Shown: positions 24,140 to 36,955 of the stretch, in pieces
Layout: every line of letters begins with the position of its first letter
Numbering within the stretch: position 1 is the first letter of the stretch
The notes under the pieces: generated by a model
Told to the model about the DNA's origin: nothing
The model's input: only the letters and a program-made list of their open reading frames with translations
The model's database searches: none
Source of the DNA: Chiloscyllium plagiosum
Taxonomy: Eukaryota
Length of the DNA: 55,935 bases
NCBI RefSeq assembly: GCF_004010195.1
Contig: NC_057718.1
Coordinates: 79,260,496 to 79,316,430, forward strand
Direction: 5' to 3'
Program-made: the position numbers and the translations under genes

Positions 24140-24835
24140 ACCTTGGACTGCATGTTCATAGTTCTTTGAAAGTGGAGTCACAGGTAGATAGGATAGTGAA
24201 GGCAGCATTTGGTATGCTTTCCTTTATTGGTCAGAGCATCAAGTATGGAGTTGGAAGGTCATGTTGCAGCTGTACAGGACATTGTTTAGGCCACTTTTGG
24301 CATATTGTGTGAAATTCTGGTCTCTCGCTTATCGGAAGGATGTTGTGAAACTTGAAAGGGTTCAGAAAAGATTTACAAGGATGATGTTGTCAAGGTTGGA
24401 GGATTTGAGCTAGAGGGAGAGGCTGAATAGGCTATTTTCCCTGGAGTGTCAGAGGCTTAGGGGTGACCTCAGATTTATAGAATCATGAGGGGCATGGATA
24501 GGGAAATATAAAAGGTCTTTTCCTGGAGGTGGGAGAGTCCAGAACTAGAGGGCAGAGTTTTAGGGTGAGAGAGAAAAGATTTAAAAAGGGATCTAAAGGG
24601 GCAACTTTTTCAAGCAGAGGGTGGTGCGTGTATGGAATGAACTGACAGAGGAAGTGGAGGAAGCTGATACCCATCCAAATGCCTTTTTGAATGTTGTAAT
24701 TGTATGTGAATAGGAAGGATTTTGAGGGATATGGGTGAAGTGCTGGCAAATGGGACTAGATTAGGTTAGGATATCTGGTCGGCATGGATGAGTTGGACCA
24801 AAGGGTCTGTTTCTGCGCTATACATCTATGACTCT
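24140..24835 (+). mobile_element. CR1/HER1-type LINE 3' end with an internal micro-inversion
   Basis: Colinear with 42845-43547; ends CTATGACTCT. Confidence 0.9.
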
Positions 24836-27411
24836 CAACCAAACATTCCAAATCTGACTTAGTGCATATGCTAGCAATTGACTGATATCCCTCTAAACCC
24901 TTCCTATTCATATACCCATCCAACTGCCTTTTATATGCTGTAAATGTACCCACTTCCAGCTTCTAGTTCCATATGCTGGCTTTGTCCTTTACCCATTTGC
25001 AAAACACTACCAATTCCATGAGCCCTCATCTCATGCAAGAAACTTGTGAGACAGCTTTATGGTCACATGTACTTAAATGAAGACAGTTAAAAGTTAATAA
25101 CTCACCACTTATGGCACCATCTTACCTACAGATTCTTAGGGAAAGAAAATAAAAAAGACCAGCATTACAGATCAAAAGGAATAAAATTAGAATAAAAACA
25201 AAAAAACAAAAAACAAAAATTCGGTCTCTAGTCCAGATTACAAAGTAAATATGGCTGTCTGGTCTGTTATCACATTGCATCACTATATTTGGGCTTGCAA
25301 CAATCTTTGTGCACCTGATTTCATTTTGGGGCATATTTTCTGATGTCAGTTTCCACTTTGGACAGTAACTTTCTGAATACCTTCTGAAAATAAGACTAAG
25401 AATCACATCCATTAGTTTCCTTTGTTATGCTTAATCTTCAAAACTTTTAATCATTCTTCAAATATTGTTTCCATTCAATAAAACTCAACATTATCCAAAT
25501 CATATTATGGTTTGTGAAGTACTGTATCCCATCTATTAAATGGCAGATTTTAAGCATTGCCTGACGTTTGGGGTTGGGGCAAACTAACCCATTTTTTAAA
25601 CTCAGTCCATTTAAAACCTTTGGTTCTTGTGGATTGAAACAGCAACCTCAAAATGTAGGGAATTCTGGAGGATCAACACCAAATATACACTAGTATAATG
25701 TCTGTAGAAAAGAATTAAACAGCCAATTTTAGAAATTTATTAATAAATCCAACTGGCAGTTGAGAAGAAACTGCTTTACCCACAAAGTGGAATGTGAAAC
25801 ACTGTCACAAAAGTAGTATTTAGCATGGATGCAATGGAAGAGGAAAGCCTGGCAAACATACTGGAGGAAGGAACAATTTTAAAAAAAAAGTAGTTTGGCA
25901 TACTTAGATTAAAAATCAATGGAAAGAGGTTTGCTTGCATGAAGCAAAAACCAGACTCATGCTGCTAAAACAAACAGGCCACTCCTATACCTTAAGTGCT
26001 AAATAATACAACGTAATAATTCAAACTACTTCAAAAATGTTCAAGAGTTGCTGGGACTTGCTGGCCCAGTGTGGCAATCTCATCCAGTCTAAGTGTCTTG
26101 TATTCCACCTTGGGAGTTTTGGTGTCCTGTTGCGACGGCCTCTGCTCTGTAATCTTTGGCAGCTGCTTCCCAGTATTCCAGCGATCACTTAGTCAAATTT
26201 TCCCCAAACTGAAATTGATCGGAGATGAACTTCATCTTAATTTTCACCTTTTTCTTTTTTACCTAGGACTTCTGTGATTAATATAGTTGCCCATGATACA
26301 GCGACTTACCAAATTTTTCTTTGTAAAGATACACATGACAATAAAATGCTGTTCTATTCTTAGAATGCAAGTCTAGGATTGCCACTTAGTTTTTTTTAAA
26401 AAAACGTCTTCATACTGACATTACCTATTAATTGGCATATTCTGGATCAAGATAGTCATAATAAAAAGGAGGAAGTGATGGTAAAAAGAACCATTGTGTG
26501 TGCAGCAATTATAGACCAGAAGTAGAGATTGAGTGTAGTATTGCACATTTGACCGGTTGCTTTAAAATGTTTGTGTTTTGCTAGCTGACTACATTATATA
26601 TTTGTATTACAGTGAAACTAAAATTTAAAAAAAGTTAGAGGAACCAAGTGATACAATTAGCTTCACCTCCAAATTGGGATCAGATTAATTCTCAAAGCCG
26701 GCTCGTTGCCACAAATCAGTGGCATTAGCTACTCAAAAACTGGGAATCTTGTTTGGAGAAGCACAAAAACTTCTATGGTGTAAAATGCAAAAAGAAGTGG
26801 TGCAGTTGCTTTATCCTTCTGTCTTTAGTATTAAAGATATATTGTTTGTATAGAGGGATGGCAACAGACTCAAGTGTGCCAAGTGTTTTTCTTCTGTGCT
26901 GTAAAAATGCCTCCACCCAAATCCTTGGCTCCCTCTCACCATTACCCTATTCGGAAAAAAGGTCTTTCTAACCATACTACTTCTAAATCTATAGTAATTT
27001 GTTACATGTATTTATGAAAATGTGCGCAAGTCACCATATTTAATCCAGCACCAGTTTTATTTACTTGAATTTTTTTTAAAAATGCAAAGTTAATTTTATT
27101 TTTATTCCAACCACAGCTTCTTGATTTCATAAATGGTTGCCTTACTCTACAGCTGTCAAAACTGTCCGTGAGACCTCAATAGCTTGCCTATATATTCCTG
27201 ACTCAGGAGCCTACCTTAATTCAAGTTTAAATACCCTTCTTCAGGAATTCAGAATATGACTGCAATATTCCACAAGACAGCATGTAATTACTCTGTAGGC
27301 AACTTTTCACTATCTTTTGTAGTGATAAGTATTAAGAGGCTATCACATATACATATCCCATTTTTTAAATAAAACATCTAGACCAGAATAACTTAGCAAC
27401 TTGTATGACTT

Positions 27412-28061
27412 CAAAGTTTGTGCGAAGATTTGTAGCTTGGGTGCTCGTTGTTGTGGTTCTGTTCGCCGAGCTGGAAGTTTTTGTTGCAAACGTTTCATCC
27501 CCTGGCTAGGCGACATCAGTGCTTGGGAGCCTCCTGCGAAGCGCTTCTTTGATGTTTCCTCCGGTGTTTATAGTGGTCTGTCCCTGCCGCTTCCGGTTGT
27601 CAGTTTCAGCTGTCCGCTGTAGTGGTTGGTATATTGGGTCCAGGTCGATGTGTTTGTTGATGGAGTTTGTGGATGAATGCCATGCCTCTAGGAATTCCCT
27701 GGCTGTTCTCTGTCTGGCTTGCCCTATGACACACACGCAGACAACAAGCAACATGAATTCGACTGGGACAACACTACTATCATAGGGCAAGCCAGACAGA
27801 GAACAGCCAGGGAATTCCTAGAGGCATGGCATTCATCCACAAACTCCATCAACAAACACATCGACCTGGACCCAATATACCAACCACTACAGCGGACAGC
27901 TGAAACTGACAACCGGAAGCGGCAGGGACAGACCACTATAAACACCGGAGGAAACATCAAAGAAGCGCTTCGCAGGAGGCTCCCAAGCATTGATGATGTC
28001 GCCTGGCCAGGGGACGAAACGTTTGCAACAAAAACTTCCAGCTCGGCGAACAGAACCACAA
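27412..28061. mobile_element. Penelope-like insertion forming an inverted repeat, 15-bp TSD
   Basis: Arms about 27448-27728 and 27779-28065 are near-perfect reverse complements. Encodes a GIY-YIG C-terminus HEFDWDNTTIIGQARQRTAREFLEAWHS..INKHIDLDPIY. CAACTTGTATGACTT at 27397-27411 and 28062-28076. Confidence 0.9.
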
Positions 28062-28279
28062 CAACTTGTATGACTTGTCTGTAGCAAAAAGAAATACCTC
28101 ACTAGAAAAAAAATTACAGCACTCAAAGTAACATGTCCTTTGAATAAGTGAGAAGGCACAATCTTTGAATAGTTTTGCCATTTCTTAAGTTTTCCCACTA
28201 ACTCACCACTCATCCAGAAGAGACAGTAATCACATCACTAGACTAGCAATCTGATTCCCAGTTCAAAATTCAAGGGGAA

Positions 28280-28530
28280 ATGGTTTATTGGTATTGTCCC
28301 TTATTAATGCAGGTTATATTCTGAGACCCAGGTTCAAATTCTGAAATGGAATTTGAATTCAATGACCATGAAACAAAATTGTCAATAGTGGGGGAAAAAA
28401 CCCACCTGGGCCACTAATGTTCTGCAGGGAAGGAAACTGCTGTCCTTACCTGGTCAGGTCTACAGCAATATGGTTAAGCGCTAAATGCTGGCCGAGGCAA
28501 TGATGCCCACATTCCATGAATGAATAAAAA
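28280..28530 (+). mobile_element. Old SINE (SacSINE1/DeuSINE-like) with LINE-derived tail
   Basis: GGTTCAAAT B-box, CACTAATGT..GGGAAGGAAA..CCTTACCTGG core, tail GATGCCCACATTCCATGAATGAATAAAAA. A reverse copy lies at about 30890-31170. Confidence 0.6.
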
Positions 28531-29275
28531 CTCACACGGTCACATCCCAGTCACAGGCGCAAATTCCCAACACCAACAAATGTCGCAACTCCAAAAGAGC
28601 TCACCAAAATGAAATTCTGTCCCGTGTTATGCATCATTTTGATAATTGCATCAAATGAGAAAAATAGAAGGAATAGGACCAAATGACATTACAGCCCATG
28701 ATTAAAAGCTATTCCCAGTACCAAAAATGATCAAAAGATTTCACTGCTGAGCTCACAATGAGTGACCACTAGGACTGGTGCCTTCAGATCAGGTTTAAAA
28801 AAAGCAGCTCGTAGGGCAGGATTCAAGAGGGGAGGGAAATGACAGTAGCACATTTATTTCAATTTATTGGACTCTGGAAAAAAAAAATTCTGTTTAAAAA
28901 CTGCAACATTACTCCTATGATAGCAAACCTTTCTCATGGTTCCACAGGAGAACATGGCTATCTCATGGCTAAATTAAATATACTGATCAAGACAGAAATT
29001 AAATTCAATGTCTAAAATGCTTAGGTTTCCAAAACATAAATAATATTAATTTCTAATACGACACTTTCCACAGCTGGTCAACAAGCAAAATATCAGACGG
29101 TCACTATTGTGCTCATTGGTGTTGAATAGAGAACACGCATTTCAAAAATTGAATTCACATAAATCCAAACTATATTAATCTATCATAAAAAAAACTGCAC
29201 TTCATAACATTGCAATTCAAACAATTATCCAATACTATAAAGACAGAATAAAATTTGAATAAAAGGCTTCCTTAC

Positions 29276-29453
29276 GGCTGGCAATACAGTACGCCAATCT
29301 GCAATTAATTCGCCTGTAGAGTTGCTTATTGATCGGCCATATTATCAGGGTGCAGAACTGAAGGAAGTTGATGATGAGTCCAGTCACCACAAAGATGTAA
29401 CATATGAGAAGGTGGCAGATAAACTGCGATTTCAAGGCAGCTACAATACCCAT
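29276..29453 (-). CDS. AGPAT4: AGPAT4 first coding exon (178 coding bp)
   Basis: MGIVAALKSQFICHLLICYIFVVTGLIINFLQFCTLIIWPINKQLYRRINCRLAYCIAS, donor AGCC|GTAAG. The residues KSQF.CHL, CY.F, WPINKQL and (next exon) WWSG, KYGKENAIV fit AGPAT4 better than AGPAT3. Confidence 0.9.
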
Positions 29454-31954
29454 TGCTTACAAAGCCTCCAATATGTCCAAAATGTCCAGAGTTCATAAAG
29501 AAAATCTGTAACATACAAGTCATTTGATACAAATCAGTCATCAACTGGTAAAAGAGATTAGAATTGATTCCTTTCAAAAATTAGACTGCAAGTTGAATTT
29601 TGACAGAACAAAAATTCCCTTGATCCTGAACAGAAAAACATGAATTTGTTAGTTGTTTCTATAGAGTTTCTACGTAACACACTTGGTATTTGGACCACGT
29701 GCAGACAGATGGAATTAGTTTAGAATAGCATCATGGTTGGCGCAGATACGAGCGACAAAGGGCTTGTTCTTGTGCAGTACTGTTCTATGTTCTATTGTAG
29801 TACCTCAAAATAGTTAAGAGTGGGACAGAGAGGGAATCTTAATTTTTCAAACAGTTTTGCTCCTATCAAATTGAAGAAGTGACCTAACATCAGCCATAGG
29901 GTGGTCTCAAGGTCATGTCTCCTGTGGTACAGAACTTCAAAATGGCTTTTTAAATGAAATGCACAAAAAGTGGTAAGATTGAATCATTATTTCAAGTCAG
30001 TTAAAAGAAGCTTTACAAACTCAAATGCATAAAATCAACTTTCAGTGCAAGAAGTGGACTGGGAAAGGACAGAACACAAGCATGGTTTAAACAAAGTCAC
30101 AGCCACAAAATAAGTCATAAATTGGTTTCCAAAAGCTACTTAAATATATTTTTTTTAAAAATGGACTTCACTGGTAGAGATCTCACGACTTGCAAGTTGG
30201 ATACAGTTCTAGTAACTGTAGATTTCCAAAACAATCCTAAACCATCCACCCCTTAGAATGTCACACCTATCACTGTGTGGTCACATTACATGAACAGAAG
30301 GATAAAAAGCAGAAACATCTAATCTTGGAAATAGAGACCTAAATCAATCATTATGCTGGCAGAGACACCAACTGTCTACACTACCTAAACTGAATACCAG
30401 ATTTTCACCATGGATGAAATAATTTTTTTTAATCTGCTTAACCATGACCTGGTTTTTGGAGAACTTTAATTGCACATTTCTAAACACCTAAAACATATAG
30501 CCTGCCTACAACTGCATCAATAGAAATCAGAACTTCACATTTGTAGCCAAGTCTGTTGAACTTAAGACTCAATGAAACCCAATTTCAGAGAGCATCTGGA
30601 TTGTCTGTTCATCTGCAAAAGCTGACCAGTTCCTTCTTTACAAACATTGTATTGCTATGTCAATTTTAAAGGTATTCACAGCCAGCTGGAAAAGACCTGA
30701 ACTTTTACTTTCCAAGTGAATGAAACTGGACTCTGACACCATGTGAATTAATATCTATAATTTGATTTGATTATTTATAGCTGTAAAACTCTTCTTTCCT
30801 AAAATCACTGTTGAGCAAATGAAGTTGAAGACTAAGATAGATTCAAACAAGTGAATAAATAATTCTTTGGAGAAAAAATTTCAACCACTTATTCATGGAA
30901 TGTGGGGGTCACTAGCTAGGCTAGGCTAAACCAGCCTGGCCTAAAAATTGCCCACAAGGCAATTTGGAGTCAACTATATTGCTAAGAGTCTGGAATTGCA
31001 TGCAGACCAGAAGAATAGCAGATTTTCTTCCTGAAAAAAAAATACCAGTGAAACGTGTGTTTTTATGACAACAGTAGATACATGGTCACTATAAGGCTAG
31101 CCTAAATCCAGATTTATACTGAATTCAAAAATTTCACCAGTTCTAGTGATAACTACCATTACACCACTGCCTCTCCAGTTTTCAAAACTGACTGCACAAA
31201 CAATAGTTTTAAAAAAGACCAAATGACAATAAACCACTATTAAAAAAGATAGAAAGCCAGGGAGAATAAAAGAACTCAGTCAGTCTCCCCAACCTATGCA
31301 TAATAGGAAGTTAGTTCAATCTATTTAACAAGCAATGTAAAACTAAAATTGCACTGGAGTGCAAACTTCAGAGGAATGGTATAATTGAACTCCAGTCTAG
31401 ATCATGGAATGTAATCAGATTATGATTTCTGTCAATTGTAACAAAAAAAAGTGAGCAAAATTAAAATGGATTAAAACTAAGCCAAGAATTTCATTCGTGC
31501 ACATATTGTATAGTTAGCAATTTTTATTAACTTCAAGTATGTAAGACATGGGAAAAGGTTGATTGTCATCTTGATACTTTTCCCTGGTTTTTGCCTTTTA
31601 CTTAATATATCTCCAGTTTGTTGCTTTACTATGTATTTGGTGCTGTTGCATATTCAAAAATCTTTGATAATCTTTTCCTGGACAATCAAAAACAACAATA
31701 TACAGAGCACATTCAATAGGTCCAGTGAAGGGATCAGCAATCTTTAGTGTTCTTGGCAAAGAGTTTTCAACTGTATATGCCCAATCCTTTACTGTACTGT
31801 TTTACCACACTAAAGCAGGGTGTAGAGACTGTTATTCAACTGGATAATTCTTGACTGTACAAAGAAACATCTCTCCACCTCTATACATATTTTCTAAAAC
31901 TGAAAACGAAAGGCATGAAAGTGTTTGGCAAAACACTAAATAGTTATTTTAGCA

Positions 31955-32880
31955 GCAGTGTCCTAAAAAGGTTTATCTTTAACTTCATCCCTCCATCATA
32001 AAAAGGTCAGATGTGGAGATGTTCACCAATAATTGTACAACTGTACCATTCACAACTCCCTGGATTCTGAAGCAGTCTGTGTCCAAACGCAATTAGATCT
32101 GGACAACATCCAGGCTTGGGCTGACAAATGGCAAGTAAAATGCCAGGCTATGACCATCAAGAGGAGATTATCTAACCACTACCCTGTGACATTCAATGGG
32201 TGTTACCATCATGAACACCCATAGTTAACATCTGGGGGTTATCATTGATCAGAAACTCAACTGGATTCAACACAGTTGCCGCAAGAGCAGGTTAGAGGTT
32301 AGGAATATGAGAAGTAACACCTCCTGACTCACCAAAGCTTGACCACCATCTACAAGGCATAAGTCAAGAGTGTAATGGAATACTCCCCACTTGCCTAGAT
32401 AAGTGCAACACTCAAGAAGCTTACTACCATCCAGGACAAAGCAGCCCACTTGATTGGCACTACATCCACAGGCATCCATCCACTCGCTGTACCACTGATG
32501 CTCAGTAGCAGCAGCAGTGTGTATTGTCTACAAGATGCATTTCAGAAATTTCAAAGATCCTTAGACAGCAACTTCCAACCCACAACTACGTCCATCTAGA
32601 AGGACAAGGACTGTAGATATGTGGGTACACCATCACCTTCAAATTCCCCTCCAAGCCACTCACCATCCTGACTTGAAAATATAAAATCGCTGTTCCTTCA
32701 TTGTCACTGGGTCAAAATCCTGGAATTCCCTCCCCAACAGCATTGTGGGTCAACCCAAACCAGGTGGTGGACTGCAGCAGTTGAAAAAAAAAGGAAGGCC
32801 ACCACCACCTTCTCAAAAGGCAATTAGGGACAGACAATAAATACTGGCCAGTAGTGACACCCACATCCCACAAATGAATA
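31955..32880 (+). mobile_element. CR1/L2-group LINE 3' portion, degraded
   Basis: DLDNIQAWADKWQV..KCQAMTI RT-end motif; tail GACACCCACATCCCACAAATGAATAA shared with the old SINEs. Confidence 0.7.
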
Positions 32881-32959
32881 AGTAAGGAAGAAATAAATCC
32901 TTAGGATTCCAAGCCAAAATGTTCAAAAGTTGGCAACCAAAAGTGAAACTAAGTTGGAT

Positions 32960-33485
32960 ATTATTAAACTGGAGAGGGTTCTGAAAAGATTTAGCATTGA
33001 TATTGCTGGGAATTGAAGGTTTGAGTTATAAAACTAGGCTAGGACTTTTTCATTGGAGTGTAGAAGGTCCAGAGGTGACCTTAGAGATTTAAAATCATGA
33101 GGGGCACACAAAAAGGTAAATAATCAAAGTCTTTTCCCCCCCAAGGTGAGATGGTGTGGGGGGGGGGGGGGGTGAAAAGTAGGGGGCATACATGTTTTTT
33201 TAAAAAAGGTGACAGGAACATTTTTTTTAAAAAACAAAAATGTCAGGAGGGGCAATGGCTTTTCAAATTTAAAAAAAAAAGTGGTTAGTGTGTGCTGAAT
33301 GAACTTCCAGAGGGACTGGTCGATGCAGGTTGAGTTAAAATATTTGCAAGACATTTGGAGAAAAAGTACATGAATAGGAAAGATGTAGAGGGATAATAAT
33401 TGGCTAAAATGCAGGTGGAACTAATTTATTTTGGGAACATGGCTGGCATGGACTAATTGGATGAAGGGATGTGTTTCCATGAGGA
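32960..33485 (+). mobile_element. CR1-type LINE 3' end, degraded
   Basis: GAGGTGACCTTAGAG..AAAATCATGAGGGGCA etc., colinear with other CR1 ends. Confidence 0.65.
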
Positions 33486-34435
33486 AGACAAAAAAAAAAT
33501 TGAAGCAACACAAGTTGTATCAGCCTATAAGAACAGGTTCTCATCAATAACAAAAGTACCCAGATGAAGGTCAGATCTGGGAAAATAAGATTCTAAAAAA
33601 AGATGCCAAAATGTAATCTCTCAGTCATAACTATACATTTATATTTGTTGTTGCTAATTCTCTTGGTCCGTTCTATTTCCTTATCATTGATTTTGTCCAC
33701 ATTTTAATTCCTCCCCTCAGCAGCCCAATACTGTTATCTCCCAATTTTGGTTGTACTTGTTGCCAAAAAGCAGTCACATTTACTCAAATGCTTTCTTCTC
33801 CTGGCCTTGCAGGCAAAAATTCAATGTCTCTCTCACATCACATTTCTCTTTTTAAAGCATCAAAATCGCAGGATCAATTTTGTCCAGAAACACAATGCTC
33901 CCAGTTAAGGGAATCTTATCCAGCTTTTTCCTATCTTGACTACAACTGAATGCAGATGCTCAACTAAATTAGTATATTCAATTCCAAATTGGATACCTGA
34001 AAACATTAAAAGATTACAGTTTAAGCTACTTCATTAAAAATACTTCAGGAATAATATTGCATCCATTTAAATTTACCTCTTCAAATAGAAAATAAAAGTT
34101 TGAGGAAGGGCCACTGAAGAGAATCAGTTAATGTTTCAGGTCCACAAATACTACCAGACCCCTGCTGAGCTTTTCTAGCAATTTGTTTTTGTTTCTGTAA
34201 AATAAAAACTTTTGACTGTCTCAAAATCAGAAATCTTGACTTATCTCTCAAGGTATTTGGAATAATGAAGGTAGAGTTGTTAGCTTCAAGATTTTTTTTT
34301 CCCCCACAACTAGAAAGCCCCAAAATCCTTAAACCATGCACTGAATTCTTCAAATGATCTTATTTTGACCTTGTCCAAGATTAGCTGTTTGGTTTTTTTT
34401 GGGGGGGCGGGGGCAGCAGGCAAAATGATACATAA

Positions 34436-35075
34436 CCTGAAAGTTACCACCCAAGTTAACAGGGTTGTTAAGAAGGCATACACTGTTAGTTTTTATTGGT
34501 AGAGGGATTGAGTTTCAGAGCCACGAGGTCATGTTGCAGCTGTACAAAAAAAAACTCTGGTGTGGCCACACTTGGAGTATTGTGTACAGTTCTGGTCGCT
34601 GCATTATAGCCGAGGATGTGAAAGCACTGGAAAGGGTGCAGAGGAGATTTACTAGGATGTTGCCTGGTATGGAGGGAAGGTCTTATGAGAAAAGGCTGAG
34701 GGACTGGAGGCTGTTTTCATTAGCGAGAAGAAGGTGGAGAGGTGACTTAATTGAGACATCTAAGATAATCAGAGGGTTAGATAGGGTGGTCAGTGAAAGT
34801 CTTTTTCTTCAGATGGTGATGGCTAGCATAAGGTCTCTAGCTTTAAACTGAGGTGATATAGGATAGATGTCAGAGTAGCAAGGACATGAAACACCCTGCC
34901 TGCAACAGTAGTAGACTCATCAACTTTAAAAGGCGTTTAAATGGTCATTGGATGACCATACGGATGAAAATGGAATCGCATAGGTTAGATGGGCTTCAGA
35001 TTGGTTCCACAGGTCACACAACATCAAGGGCCAAAGGGCCTGTATTGCGCTGTGAATGTTCTATAAAAATGTTCT
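34436..35075 (+). mobile_element. CR1-type LINE 3' end (different subfamily)
   Basis: ALERVQRRFTRMLPGMEGRSYEKRL..RGDLIET; TGTTCTA tail. Confidence 0.85.
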
Positions 35076-36860
35076 AAACCAGGTCTGATTGAATTATTTA
35101 CTTTAATTTATTCTTCACTCTTATTTCAACCCTATATTTTACTTTTGGCAGCAGCTAAACATTAGCTTGATGCCATGCAGGATCTACAGGTTGTAACCCA
35201 AAATTCCTTTCCTCATCTATGTCTGCCAATAGTGGTCTATTGTTGTATGTGCTTTTCATATTCCTTAAAAGTAGATTTTAACACAAACATTTGGACACAA
35301 ACTACATTTCAGAAATTTTTTTTAAAAAATCTAGGTTCTCAAAATAGATTCTAACCTCTTCCCTTTAAAAGTATTCCTATTATTTTAGCAGTGGTAATCT
35401 ATAAACCTTTCTGCTGCAGTTACTGCCACCCTCTCCATCTTGTTTTATAAAACATTGATCAGTATTGATACTGGCACAGTGACCGTTCACAATTTCATCA
35501 CCCCTCCCCATCCAGAACACATCCTTTTCATATAGAATTGCTGTTTTGTCATCATTCATGTACAGGTTGAGAAATAGCATATAAGATGACTCACAAAATT
35601 GCATTACAGAGTACAATGTGTTTCACTCTTATCCATATCTTTCTTCCATTGTCTTGACATAGACAATGCATTTCAGAAATTTATTTGGTCTTACAGTCTG
35701 AATATACTTAGCTACCAGGTCTCCTAGTCCCTGGGAAAGAAAGAATTTTGCATCTTCTATTCTCCAATACCCCAATGTTATGCCCTTTCAAGTCAACTCC
35801 AGCCATCTCCACTTATGGTATTGCTACCCTTTCTGGATTGGATCCAGCACCAAATCAATGTTAGTCTTTTGACTGACAAACATCAGTGCTCTGTAGTGTT
35901 TCTTCCCACTTGTATATCATTAAATAAAAATTGTTACATTCAAATATGTTATCGACATTCACATCTTCACGAAACAGAACTATATTTATGATCTAGTACA
36001 ATTTTCATTCTGCTTACATTTAAAAACATTTGCCAGTTCTATATTTTCCTAGCAATTTGATGCTCAAATATTTGCTTTGTTTAGCCAACTACATATTTTC
36101 CCTACGAATCAGAATTATACATCAACTGTCTATTCCAAAATCATAAAAAGTTCAGCTGGCCCAAAAAGAGAAAATACTGGAAAAATAAACAGTCAGCATT
36201 AGTTTCTCTTCACAAATATAACCCAATCTGATTATTCCAGAATGCTTTCTTGCATGTTTGACTTCACAATTTTCTTCCTAAACTAGAACTATTTAAAATC
36301 AACCATTATTTCACCCTTCCTCATACAGCTCATGCATACCTTCTGTTAAAATCTGCCTTGCCCAACAGCTGCTTATTGCCTCCCACGCAGCTATTCTGAA
36401 ATCTTATCACCTGTTTTCCCAAACAATTCCAACCCCAACAGCTATTACAAAAAATCATTTATGTTAGAATGACAATTTGCCCAGTCCTTTCATGCAACTC
36501 ACTCTTCTGATCTAGAAATTTCTCTCAACAACATGGACTAGCCATTCAAACACTGTCATAGCCAAAATGCTGCAATTAGAAAAGTTACTTTTGAATGATT
36601 ATTGCTTTTCTTCTCTAAAATATCCATTCAAATGTCACCTCTAAAGTTTAAATTACCTGCAGCAAATTCCCACCTGAATTATTTGTTAGTTAACTGTGTT
36701 CTAATTGAATTGGGCCAGAACATTTGCATTCAAGACTCACCTAATCCAGATATATCAAAATTAAAAATATCTGTACAACTGATTCCATTTTCTCACTTGA
36801 CAACCCATTTGTGTTGCTGCCTTATTAATTTCTGGGCATCATTGGCTGGGACAGCATTTG

Positions 36861-36955
36861 CTGAAAATGTGTTGCTGGAACAGCGCAGCAGGTCAGGCAG
36901 CATCCAGGGAACAGGAGAATCGACGTTTCGGGCATAAGCCCTTCTTCAGGAATCA
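36861..36955 (-). mobile_element. 95-bp Penelope-like terminal fragment with hammerhead motif, 14-bp TSD
   Basis: TGGGACAGCATTTG at 36847-36860 and 36956-36969. Minus strand CTGAAGA-A-GGGC-TTAT-GCCC-GAAAC-GTC. Confidence 0.85.

Noticed and set aside
5758..29453. Assignment as AGPAT3
   Set aside because: Diagnostic residues recalled from the human paralogues favour AGPAT4. A tree or synteny check would settle it.
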